Below are positions 49,871-59,604 of a stretch of DNA of 64,000 nt, one piece after another. The DNA comes from an uncultured Bacillota bacterium (GTDB lineage: Bacteria > Bacillota_I > Bacilli_A > Erysipelotrichales > Coprobacillaceae): contig CASETM010000074.1 of assembly GCA_949290865.1 (NCBI GenBank), positions 26,998 through 90,997 of the forward strand, written 5' to 3'. The notes beneath the pieces were generated by a model, which saw only the letters and a program-made list of their open reading frames with translations, searched no databases and was not told the DNA's origin. Position 1 is the first letter of the stretch; the number at the start of each line of letters is the position of its first letter. The translations under genes were made by a program, and so were the position numbers.

Positions 49871-50407
49871 ATGGAATTTAATGAAACGGTTCACTCAAGA
49901 AGAAGTATCAGGAAATATCTGGATAAAGACGTTCCTAAACAGTATATAGATGAGATGTTAGATGCTGCCAGATATGGTGAAACCTGGAAAAACAGTCAAA
50001 CACCACGGTATCATATTATCATGAACAAAGAAATCCTCGAGCAGTTTAAAATGACCTGTCTGCCAGAATTTAACCGTCGTAACTGTCAAAATGCTCCGGT
50101 GATCATTGTTACGACATTTGTTAAAAACCGTTCTGGTTATCAAAAAAACGGCAGTCCTGATAACGAACTGAATAATGGCTGGGGAGTATATGATACGGGA
50201 CTTTGTAATCAGAATCTCATATTAAAGGCAACTGATTTGGGATTAGGAACTCTGGTGATGGGAATTAGAGATGAAAAAGCAATTCGTACTTTACTTGATA
50301 TTCCTGCTGAAGAAGTCATTGTTTCGGTTATTTCAGTTGGATTCCCTGATATTGATCCAGAAATGCCAAAAAGAAAAGCAACTGATGAAATTGTTCATTT
50401 TTATTAA
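49871..50407 (+). CDS. Nitroreductase family protein
   Basis: SRRSIRKY, W.NSQ, A..LGLGT..MG, PKRK. Confidence 0.9.
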   Translation: MEFNETVHSRRSIRKYLDKDVPKQYIDEMLDAARYGETWKNSQTPRYHIIMNKEILEQFKMTCLPEFNRRNCQNAPVIIVTTFVKNRSGYQKNGSPDNELNNGWGVYDTGLCNQNLILKATDLGLGTLVMGIRDEKAIRTLLDIPAEEVIVSVISVGFPDIDPEMPKRKATDEIVHFY

Positions 50408-50408
50408 A

Positions 50409-50437
50409 AAACCTTCTAGTTTTTTCTAGAAGGTTTA
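50409..50437. terminator. Bidirectional terminator
   Basis: AAACCTTCTAG-N7-CTAGAAGGTTT between convergent genes. Confidence 0.7.
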
Positions 50438-52111
50438 CTGTTTTTCTATAGAATAAATTTCTTCATAATCAGGTTTGAATATATCGTTTTCCAGCAGATA
50501 GGCTTCAGCGATATTCGTACAATGGTCACTGATACGTTCTAAATTGGATAAAATATCTACGTAAGTTGATTTAACCAGATCCGAATTTTCTAAACGTTTT
50601 GATACACGTTTGATATGGCGCTCTTTGGCTTTCTTATTGAAATAATCAATCTGGCTTTCGTGATCATCGACATAAACAACATCATCGATATCATGCTTGT
50701 CAAATGCCACCAGAGCATGCTGCAGTGTATCGATATCCATATCCATCATAGTTATGAGATCCTGCTTGGCTTCTGGTGAGAAGTCTTCTTTCTGATCGTA
50801 TATGGCTTCAAAAAATTCTGAAAGATTAACACAGATATCACCGATACGTTCAATATCTTTGATAGATTTCATATTTGCGAAATAATCTTTGGAATCATGA
50901 TCATTTAACTGTTCGTGAGAAATCAGCAGTAAATAATCAGTGATCTTCTGATCAAGCAGATTAATGGCGTTTTCGATTTCTTCAATGCCTTCTTTTGTAG
51001 TATTGTTTTTCTCTTCAAAGTAGACTTTAACAATTTGGATCATCGTCACTGCCAGTTCACCCATTTCCAGTATTTTATTTTTAGCAATTGCCAAAGCGTG
51101 GCTAGGAAACAGCTGCACGACATGTGGGTCTAGTTCGGAAAGATCCATCTCCAGTTCTTTGTGATGATTTGGTATAATCTTTTGAATAATAACAACAATT
51201 TTTTTTATAAATGGGAAAAATACAATAGTTGTGACTATATTGAAAATTCCATGGGCAATTGCCAGCTGCAGTTCTGGCGTAATCGAATTCAATGAATTGA
51301 TATAATTAATTAAAGAAGTAAAAGGACTAATGATGATCATAAACAGAATAGATCCTACAACATTGAATAGAACATGGAAAAATGCTGCTCGTTTGGCAGG
51401 AATGGAACCTCCAATAGAAGCGAGAATAGCTGTAATTGTCGTTCCAATATTTGATCCAAACAGAAATGGCAAAGCAATGTTCAAACCAATAGCCCCAGCA
51501 CCATACATCTGCTGAATAATTGCAATGGTTGCTGCTGAAGACTGAATCATACAGGTCAATACAGCTCCACCCAATAATCCTAGCCATGGACTGCGAGTCA
51601 GAAAATGTGTAATCAAAGTAAATTCAGGAACATCTGCAATCACTGCGAGATTGTTGCCCATCAGATCCAGACCATAAAAGAGACATCCAAAGCCAAAAAT
51701 AATCTGTGATAAATATTTGCTCTTTTTATTTTTTGAAAACATTGCTAGGAATGCACCGATAATTATAAAATAAACAGCATATTTAGAAATTTTTAGACCA
51801 ACAAGGACAGATGTAATAACGGTACCGATGTTGGCCCCCATGATTATACCAATAGCCTGACTCAGATTCATCAGTCCCGAACGAATCAGACCAATGGTCA
51901 AAGCAGTCGTTCCTGAACTTGACTGAATCAGACAGGTGACAAAAGCACCTATTAAAATACCTTTCAAAGGATGAGATGTATATTTGTCGATGACATTTTT
52001 GAGCTTGTCACCAGCATAGCTTTTCAATCCTTCGCCCATATATTCTATTCCAAACAAAAACAAACCTAAACCAGCCAGGATCATTGGCCAGTTGATATCC
52101 GATAATGTCAT
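50435..52111 (-). CDS. Na+/Pi cotransporter (NptA/PNaS family) with C-terminal PhoU domain
   Basis: GL.LFLFG..YM..GLK, QSSS.TT, GANIGT, QSSAA, GSNIGTT; C-terminal ERIGD / ERISDH PhoU repeats. Confidence 0.92.
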   Translation of the reverse strand: MTLSDINWPMILAGLGLFLFGIEYMGEGLKSYAGDKLKNVIDKYTSHPLKGILIGAFVTCLIQSSSGTTALTIGLIRSGLMNLSQAIGIIMGANIGTVITSVLVGLKISKYAVYFIIIGAFLAMFSKNKKSKYLSQIIFGFGCLFYGLDLMGNNLAVIADVPEFTLITHFLTRSPWLGLLGGAVLTCMIQSSAATIAIIQQMYGAGAIGLNIALPFLFGSNIGTTITAILASIGGSIPAKRAAFFHVLFNVVGSILFMIIISPFTSLINYINSLNSITPELQLAIAHGIFNIVTTIVFFPFIKKIVVIIQKIIPNHHKELEMDLSELDPHVVQLFPSHALAIAKNKILEMGELAVTMIQIVKVYFEEKNNTTKEGIEEIENAINLLDQKITDYLLLISHEQLNDHDSKDYFANMKSIKDIERIGDICVNLSEFFEAIYDQKEDFSPEAKQDLITMMDMDIDTLQHALVAFDKHDIDDVVYVDDHESQIDYFNKKAKERHIKRVSKRLENSDLVKSTYVDILSNLERISDHCTNIAEAYLLENDIFKPDYEEIYSIEKQ

Positions 52112-52146
52112 AAAATCACACTCCTACACATGTAAATATATAGAAA

Positions 52147-52173
52147 TGTTAAGAAAATGTAAATATATGTTAG
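52147..52173 (-). promoter_or_regulatory. Pho-box-like TT(A/T)ACA direct repeats upstream of the long Na/Pi cotransporter
   Basis: Minus strand CTAACA-N4-TTTACA-N5-TTAACA (10-11 bp period). Confidence 0.55.
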
Positions 52174-52205
52174 GAAAAATTAACATGGATTTTGTAGATA
52201 TTGGC

Positions 52206-53150
52206 TTAATGGACTTTGTCAGGAAACATTTTTTCAACAAGCAAGGCAACCCGTCTAATAAATGGATAAAGCATCAATGTCGTCATGATGTTGAAGAAAC
52301 CATGAATGACAGCCAGTAGCATTGCCGGATATAAAGATTTCAATAACGATAATGATACAAGTAAATGATAGAAGGGATCAAGCAGGATCATAAAAACAAT
52401 GGTTCCACATACATTAAATATGACATGAAAAAATGCTGCCTGTTTAACATGATGATTTCCTCCCACTGCAGCTAATACTGCGGTGATCGTTGTACCAATA
52501 TTGGAGCCTAATAAAAAGGGAATCGCAACGAACAGGCTGATTGCATGCATTTCATATAATTTCTGAACGATAGCGATAAAAGCACTGGAAGACTGAATAG
52601 CACATGTGACCAGCAGACCAGTAATCAAAGCAGCAAAAGGATTTATTGTCTGCTTCATCAGTTCACTGATTTCGGGAATCTTAGCAATGATCTGAAGCTG
52701 AGATGACATCAGCTCTAAGCCATAGAATAAACATCCGATACCAAAAACAATCTGTGCCAGCAGTTTCTTTTTGATAATAAATGACATGATCACACCTATA
52801 ATAATAAAGTAGACAGCGTAGGCGGAAATATCCAGTCCCACGATAAAAGCTGTGACTGTCGTTCCAATATTGGCACCCATAATAATACCGATGGCCTGCT
52901 GAAAAGTCATCAGTTCAGCACGTATCAAACTGATCGTAATTGCTGTAGTAGCGGAGCTGGACTGAATCAGCGCTGTGATTCCGGCACCTGTTACGATTCC
53001 TTTTAAAGGATGTGACGTTGACGTTTTGATCAGCTGAGTCAGTCTGCTTTCTGACAGACTTTTTAAGCCTTCGCCCATATAATCAATTCCGAAAAGAAAT
53101 AAAGACAGTCCGACAAGAATGGATGTCCAGTTAACATCGCTTATACTCAT
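52206..53150 (-). CDS. Na+/Pi cotransporter paralog lacking the PhoU domain
   Basis: Same QSSS/GANIGTT repeats; stops at the end of the membrane domain (MFPDKVH). Confidence 0.88.
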   Translation of the reverse strand: MSISDVNWTSILVGLSLFLFGIDYMGEGLKSLSESRLTQLIKTSTSHPLKGIVTGAGITALIQSSSATTAITISLIRAELMTFQQAIGIIMGANIGTTVTAFIVGLDISAYAVYFIIIGVIMSFIIKKKLLAQIVFGIGCLFYGLELMSSQLQIIAKIPEISELMKQTINPFAALITGLLVTCAIQSSSAFIAIVQKLYEMHAISLFVAIPFLLGSNIGTTITAVLAAVGGNHHVKQAAFFHVIFNVCGTIVFMILLDPFYHLLVSLSLLKSLYPAMLLAVIHGFFNIMTTLMLYPFIRRVALLVEKMFPDKVH

Positions 53151-53245
53151 TTTTTTCACGCTCCTGTGATGAACAGTTTCTAATTATGAAAATTCGTGAC
53201 AAATAAAGAAATCTTTGTAAAATATATTTGAGGAGAGTGAATAAT

Positions 53246-54997
53246 ATGAAAGGAAGATGGAAAAAATTTTTTTCTTACTATAAACCTTATAAGAGCTTGT
53301 TTTTAAAGGACATGTTTTGTGCAACGGTTGCTTCAGCAATCACGCTTGTCTTTCCCATTCTGACAAGATATATTACAGGAACGATACTGGCAGCAGCAGA
53401 TCCTCAAATCAATCTTATTTATTTGATTGGTGTATTTATGCTGGTTCTGGTTGGCGTTGAATATGTCTGTAACTATTTTATTGGCTATATGGGACATGTC
53501 ATGGGAGTCTATATGGAAAGGGATCTGCGAAATGAACTGTTTTTGCATTATCAGAAACTCTCTTTTCGCTTTTACGATGATCATAATACGGGGCAGCTGA
53601 TGTCACGATTGACCAATGATCTTTTTTCTCTAACAGAACTTTATCATCATGGTCCTGAAGATATCGTTATTTCTGCCATAAAATTTCTAGGGGCTTTTAT
53701 TCTTTTATCATTTATCAATATAAAACTGACTTTTATTCTTTTTGCAATCTTGCCATTTATGTTTACATTTGCCTGGAAATATAATGTCAAAATGAAAAAA
53801 GCATACAAAAAAAACCGTGAGAGAATAGGAGATATCAATGAACGGATCGAAGATAATCTTTCTGGTATCAGAGTGGTTAAAAGTTTTGCCAATGAAGATG
53901 AAGAGCTGATCCGTTTTGACAGGGAAAATGCCAATTATGTAGCCAGCAAAAAGAACAGTTATTACTATATGGGTGGTTATCATGCCGGATTGACAATGTT
54001 TACCAGTCTGATTACGGTTTCTGTGATTTTCTTTGGAACCCTGTTTATTTCATTTCACAGTATCGATGTTCCCGATCTGATTGCTTTTTTGCTGTATATT
54101 ACCAATCTGATTGATCCTGTGAAAAAACTGCTAAATTTTACTGAACAGTTTCAGGAAGGTATTACCGGTTTTGAACGATTTATGGAAGTGCTGGAAATTG
54201 AACCAGATATCCAGGATGACCATGATGCCATTGAACTGAATGGTATCTTTAATCAGATACGATTTGAAAATGTCAGTTTCCGTTATGACGAGACTTTGCC
54301 TTATGTGTTAAAAAACATTAATCTTGACGTTCATGCTGGCGATTATATTGCTTTTGTAGGTTCCTCTGGTGTGGGAAAAACAACGATCTGTTCCCTGATT
54401 CCTCGTTTTTATGATGTGTCTCAGGGAAAGATTACTATTGATGGCGTCGATATCAGAAAATTCAAGCAGGATTCATTAAGGAAGCATATTGGTATCGTTC
54501 AACAGGATGTCTATCTTTTTACGGGAACAATCATGGAAAATATTCGTTACGGAAATCTTAATGCAACTGATGAAGAAGTTATCGAAGCTGCCAAGCAGGC
54601 AAATGCCCATGATTTTATCATGGAACTGGAAGACGGTTACTATACCGACTGTGGTCAAAGAGGTGTAAAACTGTCTGGTGGACAGAAACAGCGAATTTCA
54701 ATTGCCAGGGTCTTTCTGAAAAATCCGCCGATCCTGATCTTTGATGAAGCAACCAGTGCATTAGATAATGAAAGCGAAGAAATCGTTCAGCGTTCTTTAG
54801 AAAAACTGGCTCAGAAAAGAACAACATTTGTTATTGCCCATCGTTTATCAACAATCAAGAATGCAAAACATATCTGCGTCCTGACTGATCAGGGAATCGT
54901 AGAGCAGGGAACTCATGATGAACTTATGAAACGCGATGGACAGTATGCTTATTTCTATAATATGCAGTTCCAAAAAAAAGAAGGATCTGCAGAATAA
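53246..54997 (+). CDS. Type IV ABC exporter (fused permease/ATPase)
   Basis: Six TM helices; [38 protein letters not shown]. Confidence 0.93.
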   Translation: MKGRWKKFFSYYKPYKSLFLKDMFCATVASAITLVFPILTRYITGTILAAADPQINLIYLIGVFMLVLVGVEYVCNYFIGYMGHVMGVYMERDLRNELFLHYQKLSFRFYDDHNTGQLMSRLTNDLFSLTELYHHGPEDIVISAIKFLGAFILLSFINIKLTFILFAILPFMFTFAWKYNVKMKKAYKKNRERIGDINERIEDNLSGIRVVKSFANEDEELIRFDRENANYVASKKNSYYYMGGYHAGLTMFTSLITVSVIFFGTLFISFHSIDVPDLIAFLLYITNLIDPVKKLLNFTEQFQEGITGFERFMEVLEIEPDIQDDHDAIELNGIFNQIRFENVSFRYDETLPYVLKNINLDVHAGDYIAFVGSSGVGKTTICSLIPRFYDVSQGKITIDGVDIRKFKQDSLRKHIGIVQQDVYLFTGTIMENIRYGNLNATDEEVIEAAKQANAHDFIMELEDGYYTDCGQRGVKLSGGQKQRISIARVFLKNPPILIFDEATSALDNESEEIVQRSLEKLAQKRTTFVIAHRLSTIKNAKHICVLTDQGIVEQGTHDELMKRDGQYAYFYNMQFQKKEGSAE

Positions 54998-55011
54998 TGA
55001 GAGGTCATAAA

Positions 55012-55773
55012 ATGAAAAAAAAATATATATTTTTTGATATCGATGGAACTTTGACGGACAGCAATCCAGGTGGTAAAATATTAGAAAGTACATATCGCAC
55101 ATTAGACAGATTAAGAAAAAATGGTCATTTCGTTGCCACTGCAACAGGCAGAGCACAGTGGATGGCTAAAGAATTTGCTGAATTGTCTGGTATCGATAAT
55201 CTTGTCACCGATGGCGGCAATGGTCTTACAATCAATGGTAAAGTACAATATATCAAACCTTTAAATTTTGATGATGCTATTCAGGTTATTGATGACTGCA
55301 TCAAATATCATTTTCCTTATGCGGTTTCCATTGGCAATGAAAATGTACTGTATTCCAATCAGCACGAAATAGAAAATTATCCATTACATGTTCAACCAGT
55401 TGTTGATGAACATCTTGATTTTCATCAGGTTGAAGCAATTTATAAAATATTTATTTATCTTTCTCAAGAGGAAGAAAAGAAGCTGAATCTGGATAAACTT
55501 GATTATATGAGATATGTTGCTGATCAGATCATTATTGAACCGACAGAAAAATATCGTGGTATTTTGGAAATGGTCCATCTGATGGGTGGAAAAGAAGAGG
55601 ATATCGTTGTTTTTGGTGATGGTCATAACGATTACAGCATGATCAGACAGGCATCAATTGGTATTGCTATGGGCAATGCCAGTCAGGAATTGAAGGATAT
55701 TGCGACATTTGTTACAAAAAGAAATGATGATGACGGTATCGAATATGCATGCCAGTATTTTGGCTGGATATAA
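55012..55773 (+). CDS. Cof-type HAD-IIB hydrolase
   Basis: FFDIDGTL, ATGR, FGDGHND.SM, AMGNA, NDDDG. Confidence 0.92.
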   Translation: MKKKYIFFDIDGTLTDSNPGGKILESTYRTLDRLRKNGHFVATATGRAQWMAKEFAELSGIDNLVTDGGNGLTINGKVQYIKPLNFDDAIQVIDDCIKYHFPYAVSIGNENVLYSNQHEIENYPLHVQPVVDEHLDFHQVEAIYKIFIYLSQEEEKKLNLDKLDYMRYVADQIIIEPTEKYRGILEMVHLMGGKEEDIVVFGDGHNDYSMIRQASIGIAMGNASQELKDIATFVTKRNDDDGIEYACQYFGWI

Positions 55774-55785
55774 AGGAGAAAACTT

Positions 55786-56031
55786 ATGGAAATTATCAAA
55801 TATATTCTAATTATTGCTGGAATTTTACTATTTTTATCACTAGGTGTTTTCTTTATTATTAAAAGTGATGAAGTAAAAAAAGAAAAACTGAAAAAAATCA
55901 AAGAAAACCAGCGAATCCTTGAAGAAACTAATGAACAGCTTGACGAAGCACTGACAATGATGGAAGAACTCAATGAACCACTGGAAGAAGTAGCAGGTTT
56001 TTTTGATAAGCTGAATAATAAAATATTTTAA
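55786..56031 (+). CDS. Small membrane-anchored coiled-coil protein
   Basis: 81 aa; N-terminal TM helix then a charged heptad-like helix; AAGGAG SD. Confidence 0.7.
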   Translation: MEIIKYILIIAGILLFLSLGVFFIIKSDEVKKEKLKKIKENQRILEETNEQLDEALTMMEELNEPLEEVAGFFDKLNNKIF

Positions 56032-56089
56032 AATATTATTGACAACATGTCAGGAATATTTATAATAATTTTTGTATATCATAATTAAA

Positions 56090-56311
56090 CTCAATGAAAA
56101 AGAGAGTAGTTAAATCATTTCATAGCAGCGAGTCAATGTTGGTGGAAGATTGACATGAAAGTTTTAATGAACCGCACTTTGGAGAGGATGGTCTGAAAAA
56201 AGTAGGGTCATCAGTACGCTGTCTTTACCAGCAAGAGGGAATATGTTTAACATATTAAAAAGAGTGGTACCGCGGATAAATTCGTCTCTTAGCTTAGCTA
56301 AGAGATTTTTT
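56090..56311 (+). promoter_or_regulatory. T-box riboswitch, predicted Arg specifier (CGC)
   Basis: AAAG-AGAGTA ... GAA-c-CGC-A-CTTT (CGC at 56173-56175) aligns exactly with the alaS leader GAA-a-GCT-A-CTTC; T-box AAGAGTGGTACCGCG (56260-56274); terminator TCTCTTAGC-TTA-GCTAAGAGA-T6 (56285-56311). Confidence 0.88.
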
Positions 56312-56336
56312 ATTGAGTAGAAAGTGGGGAGAAAAA

Positions 56337-57077
56337 ATGAAAAAAATATTTAAAGTGATGTTGGCTTCAATGATGGCTTTGACAATTGCCGGATGTTCAG
56401 GAGAAAGTAGTGACAAACAGACAATTCTGATAGGAATTTCACCTGATTATGCACCATACGAATATTTGGATGGTGATAAAATGGTGGGATTTGATGTGGA
56501 TATGACAAAAGAACTGTTTAAAATCATGGAAGACAATGGCTGCAACTATGATTATGAATTCAAACAGATGTCTTTTAATACTATTTCAACAAGCATCAAT
56601 TCTGATCAGATCGATCTGGGAATTTCTGGATTTACATATCATGATGAATGGGAAAATATTATCTGGTCACAAAAATACAATGATTCTAAACAGGTTGCTT
56701 TGGTAGCCAGTGACAGTTCAATTCAAAGTGTTGACGATCTAAAAGGAAAAAATATTGGTGCTCAGCTCGCTTCAACAGGAGAATCATGTGCCAATGATAT
56801 TGAAAATGCGAATGTAAAAGCTGTAAGTGATGTTAAGGTATTAATTGAAACATTAAACTCTGGAGGAATTGATGCTGTTATCCTTGATGAAGCGGTAGCA
56901 AAAAACTATGCAAAAAATTCAAAATACAGAATGATCGATCAATCATTGCTGGAAGAAGAAAATATGATTATTGCCAAAAAAGGAAACGAAGACTTAATGG
57001 ATGATATCAATAAAGCACTTGAAGAATTTGTTAAATCAGATAAATATACTGAATTAAAAGAAAAATGGGGAGCTTAA
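56337..57077 (+). CDS. Polar amino-acid ABC transporter substrate-binding lipoprotein (family 3)
   Basis: Lipobox TIAGC; SPDYAPYEY, GFDVD, L..G.IDAVILD. Confidence 0.9.
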   Translation: MKKIFKVMLASMMALTIAGCSGESSDKQTILIGISPDYAPYEYLDGDKMVGFDVDMTKELFKIMEDNGCNYDYEFKQMSFNTISTSINSDQIDLGISGFTYHDEWENIIWSQKYNDSKQVALVASDSSIQSVDDLKGKNIGAQLASTGESCANDIENANVKAVSDVKVLIETLNSGGIDAVILDEAVAKNYAKNSKYRMIDQSLLEEENMIIAKKGNEDLMDDINKALEEFVKSDKYTELKEKWGA

Positions 57078-57078
57078 A

Positions 57079-57750
57079 GTGATTGAATTCTTAACTTATG
57101 AAAATATCATATTTCTTTTACAGGGGGCTGGTAAATCTTTACTGCTGGCCACCTGTGCTTTATTTTTCGGTCTGATTCTTGGTGTTTTAGGAGCAGCTGC
57201 AAAAATTTCAAAGAACAGATTTTTAAGAATACTGGGAAACCTTTATGTAGAAATTATTCGAGGAACACCGATGTTGCTGCAGATTCTGTTTTTATACATT
57301 GCTTTTCCAGTTATGATGAAATCATTGACAGGATCAAGATTTATTCCAGATCCATATATTGTTGGTGCAGTTGCCATGTCAATCAACAGTGGCGCCTATT
57401 CTACTGAGCTAATTAGAAGTGGAATCATGGGTGTTGACAAAGGGCAATGGGAAGCGTGCAAGGTTTTAGGACTGAATTACAGTCAAACCATGAAACTGAT
57501 CATTTTACCTCAGGCATTTAAAAGAATCGTGCCACCTATTGTCAGTGAATTTATTACTCTGATCAAAGATTCTTCACTGATTTCCGTTTTAGGAGCGACA
57601 GAACTACTTTATTCTGCACAGATTTTGGGATCAAAAACTTTTAATTTGATTCCACCATTAATGATATCCGCTGTTTTTTATCTGATCATGACACTTTGTA
57701 CATCATATCTTGCCAGAAAGGTAGAAAGGAAGTTATCTGAAAGTGATTAA
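57079..57750 (+). CDS. Polar amino-acid ABC transporter permease
   Basis: [33 protein letters not shown]. Confidence 0.92.
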   Translation: MIEFLTYENIIFLLQGAGKSLLLATCALFFGLILGVLGAAAKISKNRFLRILGNLYVEIIRGTPMLLQILFLYIAFPVMMKSLTGSRFIPDPYIVGAVAMSINSGAYSTELIRSGIMGVDKGQWEACKVLGLNYSQTMKLIILPQAFKRIVPPIVSEFITLIKDSSLISVLGATELLYSAQILGSKTFNLIPPLMISAVFYLIMTLCTSYLARKVERKLSESD

Positions 57751-58471
57751 AGTTGAACATATTGTAAAAAAATTTGATAAATTAACAGCAGTTGATGATG
57801 TTTCACTAGAAATAAAAAAAGGTGAGATCGTAGCTTTGATTGGTCCTTCGGGATCAGGAAAAAGCACGGTTCTAAGATGTATCAGTGGTCTGGAAATACC
57901 GGAAGAGGGGAAAATCTATATTGATGGAATCCAATTTACAGAAACAGATAAAAGCAACTATCAGCAATTACGCGGAAAAATGGGATTTGTCTTTCAGCAT
58001 TTTAATCTGTTTCCACATATGACAGTTCTTGATAATCTGACACTGGCACAGATTCAGGTTTTAAAAAGAAATGAAGAGTTTGCAAAAAAAGTCGCATTGA
58101 CATATTTGGAACGTGTAGGACTTCTTGATAAACAGAATGATTATCCAAATAAACTTTCTGGTGGTCAAAAACAAAGGGTTGCCATTGCCCGAGCATTATG
58201 CATGGAACCAGAAGTTATGCTCTTTGATGAACCAACCAGTGCTTTGGATCCAGAAATGGTTATTGAAGTTTTGGAAGTTATGCAGCAGCTGGCTAAAGAG
58301 GGAATGACAATGATTGTCGTGACTCATGAAATGGGATTTGCTAGAACTGTGGCTGATCGTGTTATTTTTCTTGAATCAGGCAAGATCATTGAACAGAATG
58401 AAGCGAAATCTTTCTTCATGCATCCACAAACAGAAAGAGCTCAAGATTTTCTGAAAAAGGTCATGCACTGA
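57743..58471 (+). CDS. Polar amino-acid ABC transporter ATP-binding protein
   Basis: [44 protein letters not shown]. Confidence 0.95.
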   Translation: MIKVEHIVKKFDKLTAVDDVSLEIKKGEIVALIGPSGSGKSTVLRCISGLEIPEEGKIYIDGIQFTETDKSNYQQLRGKMGFVFQHFNLFPHMTVLDNLTLAQIQVLKRNEEFAKKVALTYLERVGLLDKQNDYPNKLSGGQKQRVAIARALCMEPEVMLFDEPTSALDPEMVIEVLEVMQQLAKEGMTMIVVTHEMGFARTVADRVIFLESGKIIEQNEAKSFFMHPQTERAQDFLKKVMH

Positions 58472-59577
58472 TGATATTGCCAAATTTTGAAACTGAATCA
58501 TGGATGACGCTCCATGAAAATAACTGTACATACAATCTTGCTGATTCTTGTGCTAAACCGCTAACAATCCAGGAGCTTTATGACCTTGCTGATGATAAGG
58601 AACAATTAAAAACAGATCTATTCAGTATGACTTTAGATTATGGTCCTATTGAAGGCAGTGAACGTTTGAAACAAGGTATTTTAAAACTGTATCAAAGGCA
58701 GAATACAAATGAACTGGCTATCTGTCATGGAGGCATCAATGCTAATGAACTGGTTTTGATGACTGTTTTAGACAGAGGCGATCATATTATTTCTTTGACG
58801 CCAACTTATCAGCAGCTTTACAGTCTGCCTGCTTCTTTTGGGGTTGAAGTTGATCTGATCGAACTTCGTGAAGAAAAACAGTGGCTGCCTTCACTAGAGG
58901 ATTTTGTTTCACTGATCAAAGACAACACAAAGATGATTTGTCTGAATCTACCTAATAATCCTACGGGAACCACGTTATCTGATGATATGCTGATGGCATT
59001 GGTCGATCTTTGTCGCAAACATGATCTGTATCTGTTTGTCGATGAAGCCTACCGTGGACTGTACAATGAGCTATCTATCAGTGACATCTATGAAAAGGGA
59101 ATTTCAACCAGTGGCTTGTCCAAGATCCTTTCGACAGCCGGTTTACGTATCGGCTGGATCAAAACACAGGATCTTTCACTGATCAGACTGATCAATGAAA
59201 GAAGAGACTATCATATTATCAGCAGTGGACCGTTAAATGATTATCTGGCTTGTATCGTATTGGAAAATCAGAAAAAGATTTTAGAAAGAAACCGTGCTAT
59301 TCTAGAAGAAAACAAAAGATATCTTCAGCAATGGCTTGATGATAATGAATTTGTCAGCTGTGTGATCCCAGAATTTGGAACCGTCTGTTTTCTTCATTAT
59401 CACTTGTCGATGCCATCCTGTCAGTTGTCTGAACAGCTGCAGAAAGAAACAGGGGTATTTTTTGTCCCTGGCGCATGTTTTGATAAAGAATATCATTTGC
59501 GTTTTGGACTGGCAAATGATCCTGAAACTGTGAAACAGGGTTTATCACTGTTTAAAAAATGGCTGCAGAAACAATAG
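58471..59577 (+). CDS. PLP-dependent aminotransferase class I/II
   Basis: NLPNNPTG, DEAY, SGLSKILS.AGLRIGW; TGATG overlap with the ATPase stop. Confidence 0.9.
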   Translation: MILPNFETESWMTLHENNCTYNLADSCAKPLTIQELYDLADDKEQLKTDLFSMTLDYGPIEGSERLKQGILKLYQRQNTNELAICHGGINANELVLMTVLDRGDHIISLTPTYQQLYSLPASFGVEVDLIELREEKQWLPSLEDFVSLIKDNTKMICLNLPNNPTGTTLSDDMLMALVDLCRKHDLYLFVDEAYRGLYNELSISDIYEKGISTSGLSKILSTAGLRIGWIKTQDLSLIRLINERRDYHIISSGPLNDYLACIVLENQKKILERNRAILEENKRYLQQWLDDNEFVSCVIPEFGTVCFLHYHLSMPSCQLSEQLQKETGVFFVPGACFDKEYHLRFGLANDPETVKQGLSLFKKWLQKQ

Positions 59578-59604
59578 ACACTTCAGTTGCAGGTGTCTTT
59601 TTTT
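59576..59604. terminator. Terminator between convergent genes
   Basis: AGACAC...GTGTCT-T7. Confidence 0.6.
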
